From Anaeramoeba ignava BMAN (taxonomy: Eukaryota; Protista; Anaeramoebae): a DNA stretch of 51,916 nt. The position numbers and the translations under genes were made by a program. The number at the start of each line of letters is the position of its first letter. Positions within the stretch are counted from its first letter, which is position 1. Location: positions 1-51,916 of the forward strand of contig JAPDFW010000046.1 of assembly GCA_028826165.1 (NCBI GenBank), written 5' to 3'. Below the pieces are notes generated by a model, which saw only the letters and a list, made by a program, of their open reading frames with translations, was not told the origin of the DNA and did no database searches. Positions 1-13,246 of this stretch are shown here, piece by piece.

Positions 1-2935
1 AAAAAGAATTATAAATAAATTATTATTAATTTATTATTTAGATTTTAATATAAAATTAATTAAAATATTTTATTAATTTTTATTTAATTTTTAATTATTT
101 TAAATTAATTTATTTTTAATATTTTATTTTATTTATTATTTTAAAAGAATTATAAGTAAATTATTATTAATTTATTATTTAAATTTTAATATAAAATTAA
201 TTAAAATATTTTATTAATTTTTATTTAATTTTTAATTATTTTAATTTAATTTATTTTAATATTTTATTTTATTTATTATTTTTAAAAGAATTATAAATAA
301 ATTATTAATAATTTATTATTTAAATTTTAATATAAAATTAATTAAAATATTTTATTAATTTTTATTTAATTTTTAATTATTTTAATTTAATTTAATTTAA
401 TAATTTTATTTAATTTATTATTTTTAAAAAGAATTATAAATAAATTATTATTAATTTATTATTTAAATTTTAATATAAAATTAATTAAAATATTTTATTA
501 ATTTTTTATTTAATTTTTTAATTATTTTAATTTAATTTAATTTAATAATTTATTTTATTTATTAATTTTAAAAAGAATTATAAATAAATTATTATTAATT
601 TATTATTTTAAATTTTAATATAAAATTAATTAAAATATTTTATTAATTTTTATTTAATTTTTAATTATTTTAAATTAATTTATTTTAATAGATAATTTAT
701 TTTATTTATTATTTTAAAAAGAATTATAAATAAATTATTATTAAATTATTATTTAAGATTTTAATATAAAATTAATTAAAATATTTTATTAATTTTTATT
801 TAATTTTTAATTATTTTAAATTAATTTATTTTAATATTTTATTTTATTTATTATTTTTAAAAATTATAAATAAATTATTATTAATTTATTATTTAGATTT
901 TAATATAAAATTAATTAAAATTATTTTATTAATTTTTATTTAATTTTTAATTATTTTTAATTTAAATTTAATTTAATAATTTAATTTAATTTATTATTTT
1001 AAAAAGAATTATAAATAAATTATTATTAATTTATTATTTAAATTTTAATATAAAATTAATTAAATTATTTTATTAATTTTTATTTAATTTTTAATTATTT
1101 TAATTTAAATTAATTTAATATTTTATTTAATTTATTAATTTTAAAAAGAATTATAAATAAATAATTATTAATTTATTATTTAGATTTTAATATAAAATTA
1201 ATTAAATTATTTTATTAATTTTTATTTAATTTTTAATTATTTTAATTTTAAATTAATTTAATATTTTATTTAATTTATTATTTTTAAAAAGAATTATAAA
1301 TAAATTATTATTAAATTATTATTTAGATTTTAATATAAAATTAATTAAAATATTTTATTAATTTTTATTTAATTTTTAATTATTTTAAATTAATTTAATT
1401 TAATATTTTATTTTATTTATTATTTTTAAAAAGAATTATAAATAAATTATTATTAATTTATTATTTAGATTTTAATATAAAATTAATTAAATTATTTTAT
1501 TAATTTTTATTTAATTTTTAATTATTTTAATTTAAATTAATTTAATATTTTATTTAATTTATTATTTTTAAAAAGAATTATAAATAAATAATTATTAATT
1601 TATTATTTAGATTTTAATATAAAATTAATTAAAATATTTTATTAATTTTTATTTAATTTTTAATTATTTTAATTTAAATTAATTTAATATTTTATTTAAT
1701 TTATTATTTTTAAAAAGAATTATAAGTAAATAAATAATTATTAAATTATTATTTAGATTTTAATATAAAATTAATTAAAATATTTTATTAATTTTTATTT
1801 AATTTTTAATTATTTTAATTTAATTTAATTTAATAATTTATTTTATTTATTATTTTAAAAAGAATTATAAGTAAATTATTATTAATTTATTATTTAGATT
1901 TTAATATAAAATTAATTAAAATATTTTATTAATTTTTATTTAATTTTTAATTATTTTTAATTAATTTAATTTAATAATTTATTTTATTTATTAATTTTAA
2001 AAGAATTATAAGTAAATAATTATTAATTTATTATTTAAATTTTAATATAAAATTAATTAAAATATTTTATTAATTTTTATTTAATTTTTAATTATTTTTA
2101 AATTAATTTAATTTAATAATTTATTTAATTTATTAATTTTAAAAAGAATTATAAGTAAATAATTATTAATTTATTATTTAAATTTTAATATAAAAATTAA
2201 TTAAAATATTTTATTAATTTTTATTTAATTTTTAATTATTTTATTTTAATTTAATTTAATTTAATAATTTATTTAATTTATTATTTTAAAAAGAATTATA
2301 AGTAAATAATTATTAATTTATTATTTAAATTTTAATATAAAATTAATTAAAATATTTTATTAATTTTTATTTTAATTTTTAATTATTTTGAATTAAATTA
2401 TTTTAAAATTAATTTATTTTAATTTATTATTTTTAAAAGAATTATAAATAAATTATTATTAATTTATTATTTAAATTTTAATATAAAATTAATTAAAATA
2501 TTTTATTAATTTTTATTTAATTTTTAATTATTTTATATTTAAATTTAATTTTTTAATAATTTTATTTAATTTATTAATTTTAAAAAGAATTATAAATAAA
2601 TTATTATTAATTTATTATTTAGATTTTAATATAAAATTAATTAAAATATTTTATTAATTTTTTATTTAATTTTATAATTATTTTAAATTAATTTAATTTA
2701 ATAATTTATTTAATTTATTATTTTTAAAAAGAATTATAAATAAATTATTATTAATTTATTATTTAAATTTTAATATAAAATTAATTAAAATATTTTATTA
2801 ATTTTTTATTTAATTTTTTAATTATTTTAAATTAATTTAATTTAATAATTTATTTAATTTATTAATTTTAAAAAGAATTATAAGTAAATTATTATTAATT
2901 TATTATTTAGATATTAATATAAAATTAATTAAAAA
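1..2935. repeat. Tandem minisatellite/satellite, ~143-bp unit, ~20-21 copies, almost pure A/T
   Basis: The anchor 'aaaagaattataa(a/g)taaattattattaatttattattta(g/a)attttaatataaaattaattaaaatattttt' recurs about every 142-146 bp (~3, 144, 286, 429, 572 ... 2728, 2872). The array runs off the left edge. Confidence 0.95.
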
Positions 2936-3039
2936 AAAGAAAAATAATTATTAGTAATATTTTAAATAAAATGAATAATTTAAATAAAAAATTTTTTTGT
3001 TTTTTGTTTTTTCATTTTTTTCATTTTTTTCATTTCAAA

Positions 3040-6000
3040 ATGAATAAAAATTTAACATTTAAAATTTATAGTCTTTCTCAATGGTTTCAATCAATTACTC
3101 AAAATATACTTAATTTTTCAATAAATGATACAAAATTATCACAAAATTTATGCGAATTAATAAATAAAATTGAACCAAATTCAATTAAAGAAATTTTTGA
3201 GTAAAAAAAAATTTTTTTCAATTTAAAAAATTTTTCTTTTTTAAATTTATATTTAAATTTATATTTTAGATCCCCTAAAAAAAATTATCAATCATTCATT
3301 AATTCTTGTATTAAATATGGAGTTTCAAAAGAATTTGCATTTAAACCAATTCAAATAATAAATCAAACAGAAAAAGAACCACTTATAAAATTACTTTTTG
3401 AATTAAAAAAACTTTATCAAAAGAAAAAGAATTTAAAATTTCAAGAAAATTTATTCCTTTCTTTAAATGAAAATGAAAATGAAAATTGGAAAAAAGATTT
3501 GGATTCAAATTTAAATTTAAATGAAATTAATGAATTTGTTCCTTTAAAACAAAAACAATATGAAATTTGTTCATCTTTAATTGCAGATTATTTTGTTAAA
3601 GGAAACGTTAAATTTCCAGTGAAAGTGATTTATTCTTCTCCAACAAATTTATCAGAAAATGAAGAACAAGAAATTGATGCCATTTTATATTTTGATAGAC
3701 AAACAATCCAAATATTGATTTTTGATGAACCATTTTTTGCACAAAAATATCTTGTTAATCAACAATTTCAAATACTTTTAAATACTGAAAAAGAAAATGA
3801 ATTTTTATTCCAAATTCAAGATAAAACTCCAATTTTATTAAAATGTGAAAGTTATATTGATCGTTACATTATTTATAAAACATTCATGTTGTTTCAAACT
3901 TATCAAAATCCAGATTCATTTGTTCAAATATTCACAAAATTTGGAGGAGAAATTTTGGAAAAAGAAAAAGAAAGAAAATTATTAATCAAGAAATTATTCA
4001 GCGATGGAGAAGTCCTATTCCAAAATGTCAAGGTTATTGATAAAGAATCAAATATTAAATCAGTTATTCTTCAATTAGAATTCGATCGATTATGTATCCT
4101 TTTTGAAACTGTGAATACTTCTCCTTTTTTCATTCATTTTAACCAAGTTTTCCAAGTTAATCCTGAATCAACAAATGAGAAAAACATCAAAATTGAATTT
4201 GGAAAAACAGAAATTCAAAATATAGTTTATCTGAATTGTGAAAATTCAAGTGCAAGAGATTTAATAATTGGATGTATTAATGAATATTATAATGAATATC
4301 AAAACAAAGTGAAAAGTGGAATTTCATTATCATTTCCAACAAAAACACCAACACCAACACCAACAAATACTCCAAATTTGACAACTCCTCCTCCAAATCA
4401 AGAATCTATTGTTCATCAACCATTTAAATTAGATCATTTTAAATGTGAAATTGAAACACAAAATAGCGAATTCATTCCAGCTATTATTCATCTCAAAAAT
4501 GATACTTTATATATTGAAACAGATTCTGATTCTTATTCTGATTCTTATTCCAATTTTGATTTCTCATTAATTAATCCCCAATATCCTACTATGATCAAAA
4601 TTCCTGATGCTTCTTCTCAAATTACCCTTTCATTAAAATTCAAGAACCAAGACAAACGTGATCAATTCAAAAATATTTACAACCTTTTGAAATCAAAATA
4701 TCAATCATTGGAATCTCGATTTGATTCTCATCCTCATTTTTTCAAAGCTCAATTTTATTCTTTGCAAATGGACAAAATTGCTGTTGGAACAATTCAATTT
4801 TATGGAAAAACAATTAATTTCCAATTTTCAAATTCTTCCATTTCAAGAAACATTTTCAATTCAAATCTCTTTTTAACTTATCATGATCCCATTTGCAGAT
4901 TGATTTTCAACAACAAAAAACATTTCGTTTTTGGATTTGAAACAGCAACAATGCAAAGAATATTTCTTCTTGAATACAAGAAAAGAAAAGAATATCAATT
5001 CCCTCAAGAAAATGAATCCCAAGAATCAAACGAAGAAATGAAAACAAACGAAGAAACAGAAAATCAATTCTTTGTTTCACAAAAATTTGAAGTTAGTATA
5101 GTTAATAATGAAAGAAATTTGATTGAAAAAGCAACAATTGGAATTACAGATAAAAATATTGAGATTGAATCATCAACAAAAAGACCAAATATTAGTTTTA
5201 AAGATGAAAATTTAAAAATTCAAACTATGGATGAATATTTACTAATCAAAATTAAATCAGAATTTAACGGAGATATTATTTTCAAATTTGAAAATCCAAA
5301 TGATTTTAGCAAAGCAACAAATTTAATACAAAAACAAAAACTCAGATACACATTATTATCAAGAGACACATTTGAACTTGAAACACCAAAGCCTCCAAAA
5401 CTTAACAGATCATTATCACCAGTTCAAACTGAAAAACCCAATTTCGCAAAGAAAGAAATCCAAACAGAAACTCCATCGCCTGATTTCATTTCAAATGAAA
5501 ATAATTTAATTGAACAAACTGTTCAAAAACCAATTTATTTTGAACATGAAAAATATACAAGTTTAACAGGATATGATCAATCAAAAGAAAATATCCAACT
5601 TGATTTTTCCATTTTGGATTCGAAGAAAATTTCCAATGAAATTAATCAAATTCAGAAAAATTTCTCACAAGGATCTGCCAAGTTTAATATTATCATAACA
5701 AACGAAAAGAAAAACGAAGAAATTTCAGCACAATTTATCATGATGGAAACAAAATTCAAAGTTATCAAAAATGATACATCAGTTTCGATAATTGAAAGTG
5801 CTTATTCATCACAAAGCAAAGTGAATTTACATCGAGGAAAAGGAAAATTTGATTTTGTATTGGAATTTACAGAAACAAATGAGAAAATCACCTTTAAAGT
5901 TCCTCAACTCAAAGATAATATTATATTATGGAAAACATTTATGATGCTTCAATATTATTCTCCTTCCAAAATTCGAAATAATAGAATTTCTTCATCAATT

Positions 6001-6936
6001 CTTGATGAAATTGAGGAAATTAATGCACTTATTTTCAAGTTTTGGGTCAATAATAATGCCATTTTCAATTTGGATACATTGACAAAAGATGAGAAATACA
6101 TCCCAGTTTTATTAAAAATTGATCGAAATCAATTATCAATAATTTCAACTAATTTTCAACCCACTTATATTTCTTGGAATGATAATGTGATTGATTTTTA
6201 TTTGGATTCTTCAACTCATCAAATTATCAAGATTCAATTTTCAGGAGAAAATCCTGAAAGTGAAATTTATTTTGCAACTAAAAACGAAATTGTTTCTGAA
6301 TTAGTTTATCGATCTTTGTTTATTTTCAAGTTTTTATGTCAGGATCAATTTAAGAAAGAGAAAATATTTATTAACAAACCTTATAATTTCCAAATTGAAA
6401 AAATTGAATCCAATCCAGATTATTTTCTTGATTTTATCAATTCATTACCAAGTTTTAAACAATATGCTAAATTTTTTGATAGAAATGAACCTAAAAAAAC
6501 ACTTTTTGATTCAAATTCTCAAAAATCTTTACAAATTTATAAAAGTAGTTTATCTGAATCTGATGAAATTGATAAAATTAAACAACAAAAGGAATCTCAA
6601 TTAATGGAAAAGATTCAAGAAAAAGCAAAAATTCTTTGGAAAAAATCTCCAATAGTTTTTCAAGTTCAAGTTATTTTTAATAGAAAATTATTTAATGGAA
6701 TTGTTAAATTGAAAAAAAAGAATTTGGAAATTCGTAATTTAATTTTTAAAACAAAAATGATTGAAAAATGGATAAATCTTAAAATTTTTGCTGATGATTT
6801 TGATGAATTTACTTTAATTTTTGGTTTAAAAGAAGGAAAAAATATTTCAGTTAGATTTGAATCAACTTATGATAAGAAATTATGTTTTTCAGCAATTAGT
6901 CAAAAAATTAATCAACTTTTTGGAAGAAAAATTTAA
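3040..6936 (+). CDS. Large protein with N-terminal calponin-homology (CH) domain followed by probable PH-like repeats; 1 intron (3201-3269)
   Basis: ATG at 3040 follows TTTTCATTTT repeats. The intron gtaaaa...ttttag joins exon 1 in frame to the 3499 ORF. The spliced N-terminus 'LSQWFQSIT...LCELINKIEPNSIKEIFESPKKNYQSFINSCIKYGVSKEFAFKP' fits the CH consensus. Later segments such as 'LKCESYIDRYIIYKTF' and 'RFESTYDKKLCFSAI' resemble PH C-terminal helices (weaker). Confidence 0.75.
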
Positions 6937-7026
6937 TTCAATTCAAAAAGAAGAAAAAAAAAATTATTATTTTTTAAAACAGAATAAAACACAAAAAACA
7001 TTTTCAAAAACATTTTTCAAAAATAT

Positions 7027-8325
7027 TTAATTTTGATTTTGATTTTGAATTTAATTTTAATTTTAATTTTAATTTTAATTTTAATTTTAATTTTAATTTT
7101 AATTAAATTTTGAAATAAATTTGTAAATAATTTTGAAATAAATTTTTAAATAAATTTTTAAATAAATTTTGAAATAATTTTTAAATAAATTTGTAAATAA
7201 ATTTTGAAATAAATTTTTAAATAAATTTGTAAATAAATTTGAAATAAATTTTAAATAAATTTGTAAATAAATTTTGAAATAAATTTTAAATAAATTTGTA
7301 AATAAATTTTGAAATAATTTTTAAATAAATTTTTAGAAATAAATTTGAAATAAATTTTTAAATAAATTTTTGAAATAAAATTTGAAATAAATTTTGAAAT
7401 AAATTTTGAAATAAATTTTTAAATAAATTTTGAAATAAATTTTGAAATAAATTTGAAATAAATTTGTAAATAATTTTTAAATAAATTTTGAAATAAATTT
7501 TTAAATAAATTTTGAAATAATTTTTGAATAAATATTTAAAATAAATTTTGAAATAATTTTTGAAATAAATTTGGAAATAAATTTTTAAATAAATTTGTAA
7601 AATAAATTTTGAAATAAATTTGTAAATAATTTTTGAAATAAATTTTTAAATAAATTTTTAAATGAATTTTGAAATAAATTTTTAAATAAATTTTGAAATA
7701 AATTTTGAAATAAATTTTTAAATAAATTTTGAAATAAATTTTGAAATAAATTTTTAAATAAATTTTTAAAATAAATTTAAAATAATTTTTAAATAAATTT
7801 TTTAAAATAATTTTTAAATAAATTTTAAAATAAATTTTTAAATAAATTTTAAATAAATTTTAAATAAAATTTGAAATAAATTTTTGAAATAAATTTTGAA
7901 ATAAATTTGTAAATAAATTTGTAAATAAATTTTTAAATAAATTTTTAAATAAAATTTGAAATAAATATTTAAAATAAATTTTAAATAATTTTAAAAAATA
8001 AATTTTTGAAATAAAATTTAAAATAAATTTTTGAAATAAATTTTTAAATAAATTTTTAAATAAAATTTGAAATAAATTTTGAAATAAATTTTTAAATAAA
8101 TTTTGAAATAAATTTTGAAATAAATTTTTAAATGAATTTGAAATAAATTTGTAAATAAATTTGTAAATAAATTTTGAAATAAATTTTGAAATAAATTTTG
8201 AAATAAATTTTTAAATAAATTTTGAAATAAATTTTTAAATAAATTTTAAATAAATTTTAAATAAATTTTTAAATAAATTTTTAAATAAATTTGTAAATGA
8301 ATTTGAAATAAAATTTGAAATAAAT
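7027..8325. repeat. Degenerate 12-13-bp tandem repeat (aaataaattttg / aaataaattttt / aaataaatttgt) between convergent genes
   Basis: Direct reading; roughly 100 imperfect units. Confidence 0.9.
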
Positions 8326-11300
8326 TTAATTATTGGATTCCTTTTTAACTGAGAAAATATTAGTTTGAAAAGCTTGTTCTAAATTTGTAACATAATCCTT
8401 ATATCTTGAAATCAAAGATGTTGAACTATCTGAAACTTGAAATTCTTGTGTTTTAATTTCTTCAATTTCAATTTCCTCTTTTTCTTTTTTTTCATTTTCA
8501 GATTCAACAGATGAATATTTGCAAAAGGTAAATTGAGGTGTATTTTTCAATAAATTAAATGAATTTAAACTAAAAGTTTCAGCTTCAAGATTTGATAAAA
8601 CTAACTGTTCTTGAAGAATAAAAAATTGTTGATTTTGATTTTGATTTTGATTTTGGTTTTGATTTTGATTTTCATTTGATTTTTTTAATGAATTTTTTTC
8701 ATTTTCTTGTGAATTTATATCTGGAATATAATGTCTAATTTTTTCTGATTGAAAAATTGCAAATTTATCAAGTGAACTAATTTCAAGAATTTTTTTCAAA
8801 GGAAGATGAAAATTTTGCCAAGAAATTCTTCTACAAATATCAAAATCTCTTAAAAGTTCCAAAGACAATTTGAAATCAATTTGGTTTTTATGATTTTGAT
8901 TTTGATTTTGATTTTGATTTTGATTTTGAATTGGATTTTGATTTTGAATTTGAATTGGATTTTGATTTTGATTTTTATCATTTGAAATATTAATTTGTTT
9001 ATCAACTTTTGCTTGATCTTCTTTTTTTTTCTTTTTATCTTTTTGATCTCCTTTTTTCTTTTTTTTATCTTTTTTATTATCTTCTTTTTTATCATCTTTA
9101 TCTTTTTTATCTTGATCTTCTTTATCTTTTTTATCTTCTTCTTTTTTATCTTCTTTATCTTTTTTATCTTCTTTATCTTTTTTATCTTCTTTATCTTTTT
9201 TATCTTCTTTATCTTTTTTATCTTCTTTATCTTTTTTATCTTCATCTTCTTTTTTAAAATATTGAACAAAATATTTTGTAATATTTTGTTTGCTATCATC
9301 CTTTTTAATTTCATTATTTCCATTTTTCATTTCATTTATAATTTCTGGTTTTTTCAAATGAATTTTTTGAGGAATAAATTTATATTCAGAAATAACACCA
9401 TCTTTTGTTGCTCGATAAAAATTATAATCATGATTAAAAATTGTTGCAATCGGGACATAAAAGGATTTTCTTTGATGATCTAATGTTTGTTTAGGTGAGA
9501 AATCTTCTTCTGATTCATTAGACATTTTCCAAGAAGATATTGCTGGGATTTTTGCTAAACTTGAATATTTTTTCGGTTGATTTTTCTATTAAATTTTAAA
9601 TTGAAAAAATAACGGAAAAAAATTTTTTTTTCAAATTCGGGAAAATTTTTTTTTGAATATTGAAATCATTTTGGATTTTGTTTTGTTATTGATTTACTTC
9701 AGAACTTGAACCAGTATTGAAATTTGGTTTGCTTTGAAATTCATAATCAATTTCATTTCCATGAATATTAATTGGGAAAATATGAGTAGTTTCTCTATGA
9801 CTTGTTGCAACAAACCATTTGGAATCAAGACTAAATGATAATTCTTGAATAAATGCTGATGTTCTTCCTCTTGAAAATGTGTAAATGTGTTTGATTTCTG
9901 TTTCTGTTTTTTTGTTTATATCTTCAGAAAATTTCAAGTTATTGTTTTCATCAATAATATATTTCTTTTTTTCTTGGAAATTTTTAGGGTTTATTTTATA
10001 AACATGGAGTTCTTTTCCTGTAGATGAAGTAACTAACTAAAATATTAATTAAAATATTTTTTCATTTTTTAAATTGAAATGTTTTTAAAATTTTTTAAAT
10101 TGAATTGAAATATTAACCATTGTTCCTGTTGGATCAAATTGGAGACAAGTTATTGAATGTTTATGTGCTTGAAAATGTGATATAATTTCTTTAGTTTCAA
10201 GATCTTGAATAATAATTGTTCCTTTTGATGAATCTTTTGAATTTATAAAAGGAATTTTCTTTAAAAAATTATCAGTTTGTTTGTTTGATTGATTTTTTAT
10301 ATCATTTTTTGGAGGTTCATTTGCTGGATAAGCTATTAATTGGGTTCCAAGTGCAAAAATGGGATGATCCAATTTATTTGGATAAATTTTCACAGTAAAT
10401 TTAGTTTGAAAAGTTTTTGAATCAACAATTAAAATTTGATTTATAACTTCAACTGCTATAATTCCAGGTGATGTTGAGAATCCAATAATACTTGTATTAA
10501 ATGAAATATCTTCTTGTTCTTGAGTTTTTAAAGAAAATAGTTTGAGTTTTGTTGAGGCAAAATCATGTTGTGGGCTTTGTTTTAAAAAAACAATTTTTTT
10601 ACATTTAAAATTAAATTTATTTATTATTATTATTAAATTTATTATTTTTACAGAATTAAAACATGTAGATCATCTGTTGGTTCAGTTGGTTGAATAAACT
10701 AAAACAATTTCAAAAAATTTATTATTAAAATTATAAATAAAATTATAAATAAAATTATAAATAAAAATTATAAATAAATAAAATTATAAAATTATAAATA
10801 AAATTATAAATAAAATTATTAATAAAATTATAAATAAAATTATAAATAAAATTATAAATAAAATTATAAATAAAATTATAAATAAAATTATAAATAAAAT
10901 TATAAATAAAATTATAAATAAAATTATAAATAAAATTATAAATTAAATTATAAATTAAAATTATAAATAAAAATTATAAATAAAATTATAAATAAAATTA
11001 TAAATAAAATTATAAATAAAATTATAAATAAAATTATAAATAAAATTATAAATTAAAATTATAAATTAAATTATAAATTAAATTATAAATTAAATTATAA
11101 ATTAAATTATAAATAAAATTATAAATTAAATTATAAATTAAAAATAAATAAATAAAATTATAAATAAAATAATAAATAAAATTAAAATTATAAATAAAAT
11201 TATAAATTAAATTATAAATTAAAATTATAAATAAAATTATAAATAAAATTATAAATAAAATTATAAATAAAATTATAAATAAAATTATAAATAAAAATTA

Positions 11301-12947
11301 TAAATAAAATTATTAAATAAAATTATAAATAAAATTTAAATAAATAAAATTATAAATAAAATTATAAATAAAATTATAAGCAAATAAAATTATAAATAAA
11401 ATATAAATAAAATTATAAATTAAATTATAAATAAAATTATAAATAAAATTATAAATAAAATTATAAATTAAAATTATAAATTAAATTTATAAATAAAAAT
11501 TATAAATAAAAATTATAAATATAAATAAAATTAAAATTATTAATTAAATTATAAAATAAAAATTATAAATAAAATTATAAATAAAATTTATTAAAATTAT
11601 AAATTAAATATAAATAAAATTATAAATAAAATTATAAATAAAAATTATAAATAAAATTTAAATAAAATTATTAATTAAAATTATAAAATAAAATTATAAA
11701 TAAAAATTATAAAATAAATTATTAAATAAAATTATAAATAAAATTATAAATAAAATTATAAATAAAATTATAAATAAAAATTATAAATAAAAATTATAAA
11801 TAAAATTATTAATAAAATTATAAAATAAAAATAAAATTATAAATAAAATTATAAATAAAATTATAAATAAAATTATAAATAAAATTATAAATAAAATTAT
11901 AAAATAAAAAATTATAAATATAAATATAAAAAATATATAAATAAAAATTATTAAATAAAATTGGTTATAAATAAAATTATAAATAAAATTCATAAATAAA
12001 ATTATAAATAAAAATTATAAATAAAATTATAAATAAAAATTATAAATAAAATTATAAACAAAAATTATAAATAAAATTATTAATAAAAATATAAATAAAA
12101 ATATAAATAAAATTATAAATTAAATTATAAATAAAATTATTAATTAAATTATAAATAAATTATAAATTAAATTATAAATAAAATTATAAAATTAAATTAT
12201 TAATAAAATTATAAATAAAAATTATAAATAAAATTATTAATAAAATTATACTAAAATTATAAATAAAATTATTAATAAAATTATAAATAAAATTATAAAT
12301 AAAATTATAAATAAAATTATAAATAAAATTATAAATAAAATTATAAATAAAATTATAAATAAAATTATAAATAAAATTATAAATAAAATTATAAATTAAA
12401 TTATAAATAAAATTATAAATAAAATATAAATAAAAATTAAAATTATAAAATAAAAATAAAATTATTAATAAAATTATAAATAAAATTATTAATAAAATTA
12501 TAAATAAAATTATAAATAAAATTATAAATAAAATTATAAATAAAATTATAAATAAAATTATAAATAAAATTATTTATTAAGTTTGCTATTCCAATTTTTT
12601 ACTTTAATAGATTTTGGTCTAAATTGAAAACGAATTGATATTAATTCTTCAAGAGGTTCATTTGGGTTATTAACATCCCAAATTTGAAAACCTTTCAAAT
12701 AACCAACAATTAAAAAAAGTTTTCTTTTATTAAGAGAATGAATAAAAAAATCTTCAAAAGATAAAAAAACAATCTGTTCTTTATCATCAAATGATTTTTC
12801 TTGTGAATTTGATGTAATTTTGGTTTTAACAGCTTTGGGAATAATTTTTCTACCAATTTGATAAGTATTTGTAAATAAATTTGTAAAAAATGAATTATTT
12901 GGTTTTCTTTCTTCTGATTTATGATTAATTTTTAAATGATTTTCCAT
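8326..12947 (-). CDS. BCAS3/ATG18-like (PROPPIN-related) WD40 protein, multi-exon, with KDKED/NQ low-complexity C-terminus
   Basis: Motifs 'LIVGYLKGFQIWDV', 'PIFALGTQLIAY', 'HFQAHKHSITCLQFDPTG' and 'HIYTFSRGRTSAFIQELSFSLDSKWFVATSHRETTHIFPINIHG' match BCAS3-family motifs. Introns include 12602-10699 and 10651-10575; the later junctions are approximate. Confidence 0.8.
10725..12572. repeat. 11-bp tandem repeat (aaattataaat) filling the first intron of the BCAS3-like gene
   Basis: Direct reading; it lies between donor 12602 and acceptor 10699 on the minus strand. Confidence 0.92.
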
Positions 12948-13246
12948 TTTGTTTTTTGAAATAAAATTATAAAAAATTATAAAAAATAAAAAAGGAAAAA
13001 AATGAAAAATTAAATTTTAAAAAAGGAACTTTTCTTTATTAAAAAAATTAATTAAAAAAATTTTGTTTTTCTCCCTTTTGTTTTTCAATTTTTTTTTCTC
13101 CTTTTTATTTTAATTAAAAATTTTTATTTTTTTTTTCATTTTTCTTTTTCTTTTTCTTTTTTTATTTTTTTATTTTTTAATTTATTTGATAAATCGTTTT
13201 TCTTTTTCATAAATTTTATAAAAATTTTTCAACAAACAAAAAAAAA

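Noticed and set aside
1-2935. Possible CRISPR-like array
   Set aside because: The units are contiguous with no unique spacers, there are no cas genes, and the context is eukaryotic.
8850-9483. ORFs of poly-(KKI), poly-(FFI) and poly-(LFY)
   Set aside because: Alternative-frame and antisense shadows of the KDKED repeat in the BCAS3-like gene.
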